Virus record (IMG/VR): IMGVR_UViG_3300037258_000282
Span: 1 to 64,000 of that record
DNA length: 64,000 nucleotides
Reading direction: 5' to 3' (one strand)
Origin: a virus
The translations under genes and the position numbers were made by a program. Position 1 is the first letter of the stretch. Every line of letters begins with the position of its first letter. The notes under the pieces are model-generated. The model saw nothing but the letters and a program-made list of their open reading frames with translations, was not told where the DNA came from and searched no databases. Positions 45,921 to 55,619 of this stretch are shown here, in pieces.

Positions 45921-46526
45921 CTAGTGTATCGTCGCGCTCTTCATCTCATACCTATTTCCCTGCGCGTCGAACATGAACCTATCGATGATTCTAATTCTAT
46001 TAGCATAGTATGAGATGTATACATCGTGCAGCGCCGTACCCATGTTGCTGCCACCGTTATATCTCAGAGAGTCATACCCTAATCTCTTAAGTAACTCTCT
46101 GGCTCTCGCAGTCTGAGTCATTCCCTGGGATATTCCCTTGAATACCTGCTCTCCAGTGAGAGTCAGCGCTCCATCTGACAGCTGTCCTAGAACCAGGTAC
46201 TTATCTGCCCCGGAAGATAGGAGTCCAGCCCCGCGCGCGAAGCTCTCCATCTCACTTCTAGTTGAGAACATCTTCTTAATATTGGAGGAGGGAATATAGT
46301 TGTCGACGTCGAAGCACTTGTCTATCAGAAGATCTACCTTATACACTATGCGATCTCCGCCAGATTTTCTGGCCATGGATCTCGCGTAAGTATAGGCGAC
46401 GTCGGCAGTGTTCGTGAAGTAGGCCACTCCACCCCCGTAATAGTCATTTATTACGCGAGCCTTACCCTGATCGAACTGAGAGAACGATGAGTTAGTTCCA
46501 TGAAATAGAGTCTCAGTCTTACTCAC
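45921..46526 (-). CDS. ADP-ribosyltransferase-like protein
   Basis: LFHGT...FD, G..YFT....A..YA, GYD motifs. Confidence 0.65.
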   Translation of the reverse strand: MSKTETLFHGTNSSFSQFDQGKARVINDYYGGGVAYFTNTADVAYTYARSMARKSGGDRIVYKVDLLIDKCFDVDNYIPSSNIKKMFSTRSEMESFARGAGLLSSGADKYLVLGQLSDGALTLTGEQVFKGISQGMTQTARARELLKRLGYDSLRYNGGSNMGTALHDVYISYYANRIRIIDRFMFDAQGNRYEMKSATIH

Positions 46527-46971
46527 GCGCGCTTTAACTCTCTAAGCATGAAAGTCGGAGTGAACCCCTGAAACCCAGTAGAATTACTGATCTTCACTCC
46601 AACTCTCGCTCCACTGTAAGTATCAAACTTACGTAGAACTTGAGAGGTTAGGTTCTCAAAGATGTCGTAGAACTTCTTATTTCCATCTACTCTCTTACGG
46701 ATGATATAGCTTCCCATGTTAAGTATCCATATCTCTCTTAAAGTAAAACTCTTTGGTCTGACAATTCAAGACGATGTTCATCACGTAGTTATAACCAGGT
46801 GCAAGCTTAGGGGACGCCACCTCGCACAGATAGTAGTCCATATCTCCAATCCAAGAAGCCTTAAGTATTCTAAGATCTTCTCTTGGATAAGTGAGTAGGA
46901 ATATCAAGAAGTCTCGAGTTACCTCGACCGTACATCTACCCCAGTTGTCCTCTACTCTCATGATGCTCTTC

Positions 46972-47586
46972 CTAATCTATGTAGAAGCGCCCGTTTATAT
47001 CGGCGCCATTTCGACCACGCTGATAGATGTAGTTAGTAAATGTCTCAACATCTCTCTGCGCCATCGTGGAATAGCCCTTTGTTCCATACTTTAAGATACG
47101 CCTGAGAGTAGCATTTGGGTAAGTGACTGTATTTAGACTTATGTTCTTGCGCAGAACATCACGAATCGCGGCTCTCGACGTGATAAGCCTACCATCAGAT
47201 ATGGCCGACATCCCGGCGACTATATCGAATGAGGAAAGCAGAGCCTCAGCGGTGTCAAAGTTGTGTTCCTCGACGAACTGTACCTTAGCGTCCTTGAACT
47301 TAAAGTTAGATAACTTTCCTTCCGGGCACTTGAACGTGCACTTAGCTCCGGCCTCTATTAAAACTTCTCGTGCCTTATCGGCGGCTACTTTATGCTTGAA
47401 GAATATGTCGTAGTCTACGACTACCTCGCTCTCGTCGAACAGCTTTCTAAGCGCCCCTCCCGCGAGGATCACTCCATAATTGAACTGAGAGAATATCTGA
47501 GAGAGCTCAATAAGCGTCGGCCATCCCCTCTTCTCAAGTATCACTCGAGTAGAATTTACATTAAACGTGATAAAGTTCATTGACAT
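46972..47586 (-). CDS. nucleotidyltransferase (poly(A) polymerase/CCA head-like)
   Basis: AGGALR, DYDIFF, FD, R.LKY..KGY. Confidence 0.75.
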   Translation of the reverse strand: MSMNFITFNVNSTRVILEKRGWPTLIELSQIFSQFNYGVILAGGALRKLFDESEVVVDYDIFFKHKVAADKAREVLIEAGAKCTFKCPEGKLSNFKFKDAKVQFVEEHNFDTAEALLSSFDIVAGMSAISDGRLITSRAAIRDVLRKNISLNTVTYPNATLRRILKYGTKGYSTMAQRDVETFTNYIYQRGRNGADINGRFYID

Positions 47587-47725
47587 AGGTCCATGTATCT
47601 ACTGGCAAGCTCAACGATGATCTTGAGCTTTTCTGGTTCTATAACGCAGGAATCTCCCGAGTACATAGACTCATCGACGAGAGTCCTAGCCCAGGCCAAT
47701 ATCTCCTCGATCTCTTCGTCACCAA

Positions 47726-49117
47726 TCACTTAAACTCGCTGAATTTGTCTTTAAGCTTACCTTTATGTCGCTCGGCGTCGTGAGTTCCAAATGTAGTCTT
47801 ATCCATGACCGGCGAATCGTCTTCCTGACCAGATTGATCTATATTGTACATTCGCATCTTCGCTCGATCAGTGCCGATGAAGAACTTCTTCTTTCTATTC
47901 GGATCGGAGTACCTATTCTTCAACTGCTTTGCCATCAACTGATCTATCTCAGTCAACTCGTCAGTCGCGATCAAGGCCATCATGAAGTCAGCGGTCGCGG
48001 GAAGACCAAATGAGTCCGAAGTATTCTCAAGACCAAAGTCTGAGTCCGTATATCCAGTCCTGTTTACCTGAGTGGCCGTCACGATCGGGACGCCGAACTC
48101 CACGGCTAGACCTCTGATCTCTTCGGCTATGGACTTCACGTACGTATACGTGTTGATCGACCCACTGAGCTTCAGTCTAGACGAAGCGCAGATATTAAGA
48201 TAGTCGATATAGATGATCGACGGAGAGAAGTTCTTCTTAGTCTTAAGCTCATTTAAGAGATATCGAAAGTGAGAGCTTCCGGCCGCGGCGGTGGGATACT
48301 CCTTGATTATGAGCTTTCCCTTGACTTTCTCTCGGAGTCTAGCGATCTTTCGATCGTAGACGTCCTTAGAAGTCTTCCTCAGTTCAGAGAGTGGAATATC
48401 CAAGAGATTAGCGTCGATCCTCTCGGCGATCCTCTCCTCAGCCATCTCCATAGTGATGTAGAGTACGTCGAACCCGCGAGATAAGTTATAGGCGGCCTGG
48501 TGGCACATCAGCATGGACTTTCCAACGCCGACTCCAGCCATGTATACGTTCAGAGTCTTGACCGAGAACCCACCCTCAGTGATCTCGTTCATTATATCAA
48601 TGTCAAACGGGACCTTCTTCTCTCTGGCGTGGTAGAACTCGTATCTCTTCTCTGCGTCGTCTATGAAGTCATGACCGATGGAAGTATCAAACGACACGGC
48701 GAGAGCGTCAGATAATATCTTAGGTATGGCGCCCTTATCAGACTTCGCGTCCTTACCGTCGATTATCTGGATCGACTGCATGATCGCGTTGTAGACCGCG
48801 CGCTCTTGGCAAAATTTTTCAGTGGAGTCTACGAGCCACTCTAAGTCTGGTCTCCTTTCTGGCTCCTTGGAGATCTCCTCAACTATAGAGACCGCCTCCT
48901 TGAATATCTGCTCCGTAAGTGAGACATTCGTTAGGTCTATCGCGACAGCTTCGATAGATGGTATCTTATTGTACTTTATGAAGTATGATGTTATTACCTC
49001 ATATACTACTCTCTCTGCCTTATTGGAGAAGTACTCTGAATTTAGAAATGGGATTATCCTGCGTGAGTACTCTTGGTTAGAGACCAACCCTGAAAGTATT
49101 ACCTTCTCTACTGCCAA
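47726..49117 (-). CDS. replicative DNA helicase (gp41)
   Basis: AGVGVGKS, ERIDAN, KEYPT, YIDYLNI, ATQVNR, KQLKNRY. Confidence 0.95.
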   Translation of the reverse strand: MAVEKVILSGLVSNQEYSRRIIPFLNSEYFSNKAERVVYEVITSYFIKYNKIPSIEAVAIDLTNVSLTEQIFKEAVSIVEEISKEPERRPDLEWLVDSTEKFCQERAVYNAIMQSIQIIDGKDAKSDKGAIPKILSDALAVSFDTSIGHDFIDDAEKRYEFYHAREKKVPFDIDIMNEITEGGFSVKTLNVYMAGVGVGKSMLMCHQAAYNLSRGFDVLYITMEMAEERIAERIDANLLDIPLSELRKTSKDVYDRKIARLREKVKGKLIIKEYPTAAAGSSHFRYLLNELKTKKNFSPSIIYIDYLNICASSRLKLSGSINTYTYVKSIAEEIRGLAVEFGVPIVTATQVNRTGYTDSDFGLENTSDSFGLPATADFMMALIATDELTEIDQLMAKQLKNRYSDPNRKKKFFIGTDRAKMRMYNIDQSGQEDDSPVMDKTTFGTHDAERHKGKLKDKFSEFK

Positions 49118-49466
49118 TATCAGATCCTAGCGTAAAGTCTTCGGCAACCCCCTCTATCATACTGAGGCGCGCTCCAGAATAAGTTCTTACATTGCTGTCA
49201 AATGCGTCCGATAAGATAAGCACTATCTTCGCGGCGCCCTCTTCTCCAAGGATGCTGGCTACTCTCCTACCATCGTCGGAAATAAACTCAGATATAATGT
49301 ATTTATCGTATGACATCGCTCATATCTACTCCGACCATCTCTGTCATGGCAGGCCAAAAAGGGATTGGATCTACTGGAGTTCCTGTATTAAGATAGATGT
49401 TAAGAAACCTATTAGGAAAATCTTGCTGCCAGATATCCCCAATGTATGACGTTATGCACATCTCTC

Positions 49467-49994
49467 TTATTCATCCTCAGTAGTGTCTGATATCATCTTG
49501 ATGTTACCGATAGCATATTTATTATCGAGATACACCTTAAAGTCGGTTCGATCAAAGATGTATTTCCAAAGCGAGGAAGATTTCTCGGCCATCTTGACCT
49601 TCACGTTCATATCTTCGATGACCTCGCCAGTCTCCCTGTCTACCGGCGCGACCCACCCGTTCTTAGTGGAGATCAAGTACTTACCCTCGAGAGCCTGCTC
49701 GACTAGTCCCGACCACCTATTCATTCCATCTTCAAATGTTATCTTGATGGGTATCTGGGACTTCTCCTTGAGAAAGCGAGACTTCTCAATGTTGATAATA
49801 AAGTCAAAGCCAAGCAGCTCCTTATCGGTGTTCTTATCCTGCCTCCTAGACACTATCCATATCGTATCGGCTCCAAAGTACACCCCCGTGTTATGACATA
49901 CGACACCATTCTCAAGTACGTACTGCTGGTTGCGTTCAACAGATATATCATACACTGACTGGTGCCCGACAGGTCTTATACTTTTTATTTTCAA
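49467..49994 (-). CDS. uvsX: UvsX C-terminal half preceded by a split-intein C fragment (35 aa)
   Basis: VYDISV...YVLENGVVCHN|TGVYFGAD..., KSRF.KE. Confidence 0.9.
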   Translation of the reverse strand: MKIKSIRPVGHQSVYDISVERNQQYVLENGVVCHNTGVYFGADTIWIVSRRQDKNTDKELLGFDFIINIEKSRFLKEKSQIPIKITFEDGMNRWSGLVEQALEGKYLISTKNGWVAPVDRETGEVIEDMNVKVKMAEKSSSLWKYIFDRTDFKVYLDNKYAIGNIKMISDTTEDE

Positions 49995-50311
49995 TTATCT
50001 TCCTCTTACAGTTATCGTCATGCCATCTCTTAACATATCATCAGTTTATCACGATCACTTATATCAGATACCAACTTCCACGATCCGTCATCCATCATAA
50101 ATTGATGGTCTTCAGAAACTGTTACCTTATATCCATCTTCAAACTCAACTTCGAAGCACCGTGGAGTTCCATCGCATAGAGTTTCTGGATTCCACACATG
50201 AGTAACTTGCATATCACCATCTAGCGTAACTACGCTGCTGCCCACACTCATACATTCCATAGGAAGTAGCGTACCATCGGCCATTTTCACTCTCGTTCCA
50301 GCGGCAACGCA
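49890..50311 (-). mobile_element. naturally split intein (IntN 50311-50033, IntC 49994-49890)
   Basis: blocks A and B on one ORF; blocks F and G (His-Asn, +1 Thr) on the next. Confidence 0.9.
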
Positions 50312-50956
50312 ACCACCAGATACCACCGGCTTTGAGTACATCTCCTGCGTCTGATACGTGTGGTTGATGACGACCATCGGTATGTTCTTCATCGGAAGGT
50401 GCGGAGTTACTATCCTGAACAGACTCTTGAGCTGCTTAGCTCGCGTCATATCGGCCGAGGACTTCTGATCCATCGCGTCCTCGACTTCCTTCTTCGACGC
50501 GATATTTCCAATCGAGTCGACCATGATGAAAACGCGATCGCCCTTTTTTAGCTTGGCGAGTTGAGCCGCGATATCAAACTTCAGCTCCTCGATATTGGTC
50601 ACGGGAGTGAGGACGACAGACTTCAGCGATATACCAAACATATCAAAGTATGACTTCGGCGTGCCGAACTCATTGATATAGAACAATATCACTCCATCTG
50701 GATACTTCTTTAAGTACTGAGACGCCAGGAACAAAGCGAAGCCAGACTTGAAGTTCTTTGACACTCCGGCGATTACCGTAAGTCCGGCCGTAAGTCCACC
50801 GTCGACCGAACCCGAGAGGGCCAAATTTATCATCGGCACCGACGTGGGAATGACGTCCCGATCGTTGAATATATCTGAATTTTCCAAAATATCAGTCGTG
50901 CTAATAGTGGAAGTTTCCAGTATCTTTTGCTGGAGGGTCAACTTTTCTGCTGCCAA
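50030..50956 (-). CDS. uvsX: UvsX (RecA-like) N-terminal half followed by a split-intein N fragment (93 aa)
   Basis: AGVSKNFKS, DSIGN.ASKKE, DMTRAK, SGG|CVAAGT...SEDH. Confidence 0.92.
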   Translation of the reverse strand: MAAEKLTLQQKILETSTISTTDILENSDIFNDRDVIPTSVPMINLALSGSVDGGLTAGLTVIAGVSKNFKSGFALFLASQYLKKYPDGVILFYINEFGTPKSYFDMFGISLKSVVLTPVTNIEELKFDIAAQLAKLKKGDRVFIMVDSIGNIASKKEVEDAMDQKSSADMTRAKQLKSLFRIVTPHLPMKNIPMVVINHTYQTQEMYSKPVVSGGCVAAGTRVKMADGTLLPMECMSVGSSVVTLDGDMQVTHVWNPETLCDGTPRCFEVEFEDGYKVTVSEDHQFMMDDGSWKLVSDISDRDKLMIC

Positions 50957-50957
50957 G

Positions 50958-51767
50958 TTACGACCTGTCCTTATCTGATAGGATGTTTGGATTGATTACT
51001 ACTATATCACTTCTGCCTGGAAGTGTCAACTTCTTTTGGAGTCCTGAGTTTGCCGCGAGGAGAAGTACGATAGCAAGCGGGTCGAATACTGACACTATGA
51101 CTACTATCAGGTATCTCACGGTCTTATCTAGAGCCGCCTGAGAGTTTTCAGAAAATAGAAGTTGAGCAACGTATAGAAGTGGGCCGGCGTCAGCTGACGC
51201 TTGGCTTACCTTAGACCTCGCGGCGATCAGCTCCTCGCTGTACTGCTGAGACGCGGTGAGGTGCTTATTTCTAGAATCCACTAGAGCTTGCCGAGTCTTG
51301 CGCTGACTCAGCTGCTCTCTAAGTGATAGAGACGCTCGATCGTTCTTGACGAGACTCTCTATAGCCTTATCTATCGCATCTATCTGAGTCTGTTCATCGT
51401 CTATGTAAGTCTTCTCACCTGAGACCTTAGCCTCAAGCAGTTGAATCTGCTCGACGTTACCTATGTTGGCCACTATGACGTGCTCGATGTGGGCCTTGGC
51501 TAGAAACCCATATACTCCCACGTCAGTTATGACTGACAGAACGCATATCGCCGCGATGAGATATGAGCGTATCGCGACAGAGGCCACCGGCCAGTTATGT
51601 TGAACCCACGACGCCGCGACCAGCTTTCCGGCCCCGAGGACGACGCCCATTATAGTCACGGGCCAGTAGGCGCCGACGAAGAGAGTGGTAAGTCCCTGAA
51701 TCGAGAAATACTCAGCTACGCCAGATAGACAGATCGCGACTATGAGGGCTATCGCGCTTACTATCAT
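50958..51767 (-). CDS. membrane protein with coiled coil (conserved in T4-like phages)
   Basis: S+.GL..LF.GA, G+YGFL.KAH, VFDPLA. Confidence 0.75.
   Translation of the reverse strand: MIVSAIALIVAICLSGVAEYFSIQGLTTLFVGAYWPVTIMGVVLGAGKLVAASWVQHNWPVASVAIRSYLIAAICVLSVITDVGVYGFLAKAHIEHVIVANIGNVEQIQLLEAKVSGEKTYIDDEQTQIDAIDKAIESLVKNDRASLSLREQLSQRKTRQALVDSRNKHLTASQQYSEELIAARSKVSQASADAGPLLYVAQLLFSENSQAALDKTVRYLIVVIVSVFDPLAIVLLLAANSGLQKKLTLPGRSDIVVINPNILSDKDRS
51001..51029 (-). promoter_or_regulatory. sigma70-type promoter for uvsX
   Basis: TTGACA-N17-TATAGT. Confidence 0.7.
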
Positions 51768-52063
51768 TCGGCGATTAACTTTTCCATCTTCTCAACGAAC
51801 GCCTGAATGGCTGAGACTCTCTGAGAGCCGGGCCAATACACGTAGTCTTTCTCTGAATCCGCACCCAGAGCGCTGAGGAGGGGCATGATCGCCTCATGAA
51901 GATTTCCAAGCTTTTGCTTAGTCACGTCGGCGACCGTAGTGACCGTTTCAAGATGAGCCTGAAGCTCTCTTTCCTTCTGCTTAACCTCACCCTCAGTCAT
52001 GAGTGAGAAGCCAAACGCGTTGTTTGAATCGTAAGTCTGTTCCACTTTTTTTCCTATCTCCAT
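51764..52063 (-). CDS. hypothetical protein
   Basis: FGFS, I.PLL..L..D.EKDY.YWP; start uncertain. Confidence 0.6.
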   Translation of the reverse strand: MEIGKKVEQTYDSNNAFGFSLMTEGEVKQKERELQAHLETVTTVADVTKQKLGNLHEAIMPLLSALGADSEKDYVYWPGSQRVSAIQAFVEKMEKLIAE

Positions 52064-52145
52064 TTTCTCTTCTTTATGATCTTCGCAGTTGCACACTTTA
52101 TACAGCCCGCACGAGCATCCTCCGCCTCGATCATACATAGCCACG

Positions 52146-52502
52146 TCAAGCTCCGGCGATTGGTTTAAAAGATTCAGGAAGAATGACATTTGGCGGACTT
52201 CCCCTGAAGAAATGGGCAATATCTGTCGGGGTATATCCCGCGAGGCCGCACCCGATCGCTGTAACCTCAAATGTCATCTCCGTATGCTCTCTAGCGAACT
52301 CAATGAAATCTCTAACATATCTCTCTATCCAATCAAGTGGAAGAGTCCTGAGGTTCGCGTCCTTAGTAGGTATGCCATACGATCTACCCATCAGTCCAGT
52401 AGACCGTCCGTACACCGCGCCCTTGTACTTTTTAGCGTAGAGCGCGGCGCCCTTTCCGTGCCTTCCAGCCAGATTGGAGCCGAAGACGAAGATACTCTCC
52501 AT
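52146..52502 (-). CDS. conserved phage protein (IFVFGSNLAGRHG family)
   Basis: IFVFGSN..G.HG.GAA, SY.IPT, IGCGLAG. Confidence 0.75.
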   Translation of the reverse strand: MESIFVFGSNLAGRHGKGAALYAKKYKGAVYGRSTGLMGRSYGIPTKDANLRTLPLDWIERYVRDFIEFAREHTEMTFEVTAIGCGLAGYTPTDIAHFFRGSPPNVILPESFKPIAGA

Positions 52503-53611
52503 CAGAAGAACCTCTCAAGAGAACTCTTCTTCTCGAGAGTCCAACCGATCACGTCGACTATAGACTTAAGTGGCTCAAGAAACGCCTTATCAAACTGAAG
52601 GTTTCGATCTATGAAGTCCTCAAGTCCAAATTCAACCGGCATCCTCTCAGCTATCGATATCACGTTCTCACCTATTGGGTTTGGAAGTCTAAGGTACGCG
52701 AACTTCACCTTATCGCCATCCGATATGGGCTGAATAGTCTTGAGCCCATGCTCCCGACATAGGTGATTGAAGAGTAGAGCTCCCCTGACGGCAATTGGAG
52801 TCTTATCTCCGTATATCCTCTTATTGTCTGAGTACTTATCCATTCCGTTCACCGACCGGGGAAACGCTATGTCTTCAAACTTCAGTGCGTTGAACTCATC
52901 TCTGAACTTGTCGATAAACGCATATAGCTCTTCCTGACTTCCATGTAATATTATTCCTATGGCCTTCTTAATATTGTCTCGACAGACGTGTGGAGTTGAA
53001 GAGCGCACGGCCTCTATTCCAGACATCTTGATCTCAGGAGGATCGCACTTAACTCCCTCGATGTCCAGGGCTGAGAGAATATACATCTTTTTAGCTTTCC
53101 AGATAGATCTTCCAGCTATGGTTTCTCTCTTCATGTGCATCTTCTGCTGATATGCGCCCATTCTATGTTGAAGTTCGGCGTATATCTTTTCGAGCTTCGG
53201 GGCGATCTTCTCGCTTACGAACCTATCTAGGGCCGCGGTTATCTCGTACTTGTCTTTATCTCGACCTATCAACTCCACGATAGAGTCTAATTCAAGATAG
53301 ATGGAATCAGTATCGGATGCCACGACATAGTCTATTCCAGAAGTCTTGAGTAGAACGTTGATATACTGGTTGAGCTTCTTTTCTGTCCACCTGATCGTAA
53401 GCTGACCTGAAGAAGTCACTGCCTCAGCGTGGTTGAAGTCAAACCAGCGAAAATATTGATTCGCGAGCTAGAGCGCGCCGTAGAACGAGTTGAGAGATGT
53501 CTTCATAGATAACTGAAGATTGTGATACTTCGAGATCTCATTTTTCAACTGTTCACGACGCGCTAAAAGCTCCTCCTTTCTCAAGGCGCTAACCTTTTGC
53601 ACTTCCGTCAT
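52502..53611 (-). CDS. family B DNA polymerase C-terminal subunit (gp43B) with internal in-frame TAG at 53468-53470
   Basis: GGAGG RBS + ATG 53611; motif B KTSLNSFYGAL, stop, LANQYFRWF; motif C DTDS; KKMY; C-terminal SLERFF. Confidence 0.9.
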
Positions 53612-53636
53612 CTATCACCTCCCTCTTAAGTATAGA

Positions 53637-55088
53637 TCAAAGTTTAACTAACTCAGCGTTTACCACCGCCAGCTCCTTCTTGGCGTTGAGCATTAGCTTC
53701 TTATACTTTACTCGTCCATCGTATAGCTTCTGCATGATCTCTGGAAGAAAACCAGACTTGTCCTTCCTATACGCGCAACCATTCGCGGCAAACGAGAAGC
53801 TCTTCCTATCATACTCTGATAGTGGATCTTCGCCCGTAAGCAGTTCATCTATCTTCGGAAAATTATGATACCTAGTTGAGAACATCTCCGGTGAGATATT
53901 GTACTCCATAATTAAATGTGGGTAGAGTGAGTCCAAATCGAGAGACACGACCCACCTAGACTCACCTATCTTCGGCTCCTTGACGTATCCTCCCATGAGG
54001 GAGTCAAACATCGTAGACTTCTTCACCGGAGGAATCACTATACCCTGGTTCATCAAGTGAGAGTGTATGATCATATCAGACGGGCGAAGGGTGGTGAGAG
54101 TATCTATATAGTTGACTTTAGCCAAGTACGCGTAGGCTACGACCTGCTCCAAAAACTTAAGCTTCTCCTCCAGCTTCTCGACTAGAATGCAGTCCCTCAC
54201 GTTGTAGTCTATATACTTCGTAAAGTCTGCTCGGTATATATCCATGAGGTTTCCATACTCAGAGTAGTCCAACTTCTGCTCGTTGAGCTCGACCTTGGAG
54301 ATATAGTCTAGCTTATACGACTCAGAGTTTCCAAACTTAAACTTTCTATAGAGCTGATAGTAGTCCAGAACACTGACTCCAACTATCACGTAGCTGTGAT
54401 TGGTCTTATTGTGGAACGCTACCTCATTTATATCCAAGATCTTCCACGGTGAGAGTCTAAGAGTCCACGACTCACCTATAACCGCTCGTATCCTATTGAT
54501 AAGATATGGAATGTCGAAGAACTCTATGTTCCATCCAGTCACTATATCTGGGGATATAGACTCCCAGCACCTCACTACCATCTGGAGAAGCTCTATCTCA
54601 TCGTGGCACTTCACGTACTCGATCGATGGATCAGTTCCGAGATACTCCTCGCACCCAAATACCATAGACTTACCGCGAAACCTCAGAGTCACTGCCGTGA
54701 TCTCTTGGTCCGCTCGAACTATCGATGGAAATCCTGAGTCAAACTTACACTCCAAGTCTAGAGTGATAGTTCTTATCATAGAGAAGTCGTGCTCTATTAA
54801 GTCTGGAAACTTATCGTATATGTAGAGGTATTGAAAGTTATCCAGCCCGTAGATCTCAAAGTTATCGACGTCTTTGTACTTATCTACGAACGCCTTAGCG
54901 TCCTTGATGCTCGAAAAGTTCATCTTCCCAAACTTACGACCATCTAAAGATCTATACTCTCCCGTTGGAGATGGAACGAACAGGTAGGGCTCGTACTCTA
55001 CGCATTCCTTGACGCGCAGTCCCTTGTCGTATCCGCGGTAAAATATCTTGTTACCGCGCTTAAGTACAGAAGTGTAGAATTCTACCAC
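53637..55088 (-). CDS. family B DNA polymerase N-terminal subunit (gp43A: exonuclease + motif A)
   Basis: DLE, GWN..FFDIPY, YN..D, DLDSLYP; ends in the fingers helix. Confidence 0.93.
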   Translation of the reverse strand: MVEFYTSVLKRGNKIFYRGYDKGLRVKECVEYEPYLFVPSPTGEYRSLDGRKFGKMNFSSIKDAKAFVDKYKDVDNFEIYGLDNFQYLYIYDKFPDLIEHDFSMIRTITLDLECKFDSGFPSIVRADQEITAVTLRFRGKSMVFGCEEYLGTDPSIEYVKCHDEIELLQMVVRCWESISPDIVTGWNIEFFDIPYLINRIRAVIGESWTLRLSPWKILDINEVAFHNKTNHSYVIVGVSVLDYYQLYRKFKFGNSESYKLDYISKVELNEQKLDYSEYGNLMDIYRADFTKYIDYNVRDCILVEKLEEKLKFLEQVVAYAYLAKVNYIDTLTTLRPSDMIIHSHLMNQGIVIPPVKKSTMFDSLMGGYVKEPKIGESRWVVSLDLDSLYPHLIMEYNISPEMFSTRYHNFPKIDELLTGEDPLSEYDRKSFSFAANGCAYRKDKSGFLPEIMQKLYDGRVKYKKLMLNAKKELAVVNAELVKL

Positions 55089-55293
55089 TTGTCTCTACTC
55101 TCATTTTTAGTCACGATATCGACGTACATCATGATCGTAAGTATAGATAGAGCCATGAAGATATACAGACATGCCATCGCGACGTGGGGCTCCATAGGAT
55201 TGACCTGAGCTATCCCTCGACTAGCGAGAACGTGTCCACCTATCATATTCACGTCGAGACTCTCTCATACAATAATATATCACATATATCGAT

Positions 55294-55506
55294 CTAGTGA
55301 AAGGTCTTTCCTAGAGTCTCCTCAGAGCTGACTACGAGCTTATTACCATCTGGCTCGTAGAAATATAGAGGTGACATCTCTATGTTTCTCCACATCTCGC
55401 CGATCTCCAGGGCCCGAACGAAGGCGTTGTTCGACTCGTCTGGAAACCGCTTGAGATACTCAGTGGCATAATACGTGACGCTCTGCTCGCTGACTTTATA
55501 ATACAT
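55294..55506 (-). CDS. hypothetical protein
   Basis: ORF 70 aa. Confidence 0.5.
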   Translation of the reverse strand: MYYKVSEQSVTYYATEYLKRFPDESNNAFVRALEIGEMWRNIEMSPLYFYEPDGNKLVVSSEETLGKTFH

Positions 55507-55619
55507 CGGACTAGAGTCTATGTCTCAGTCAGGATTTGAAATATTAGTATCAACCATGACATGTCCCTCCTAGCGCTTGATAAATAATCCGAGGCCAACA
55601 CTAATGGAGATAATATCCC

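Noticed and set aside
52502-53419. ORF-track 305-aa ORF as the complete polymerase B subunit
   Set aside because: It lacks motif B and a properly spaced RBS. The conserved frame continues upstream through the TAG to ATG 53611.
53560-53720. Split intein at the gp43A/gp43B junction
   Set aside because: There is no Cys/Ser block A and no His-Asn block G at either end.
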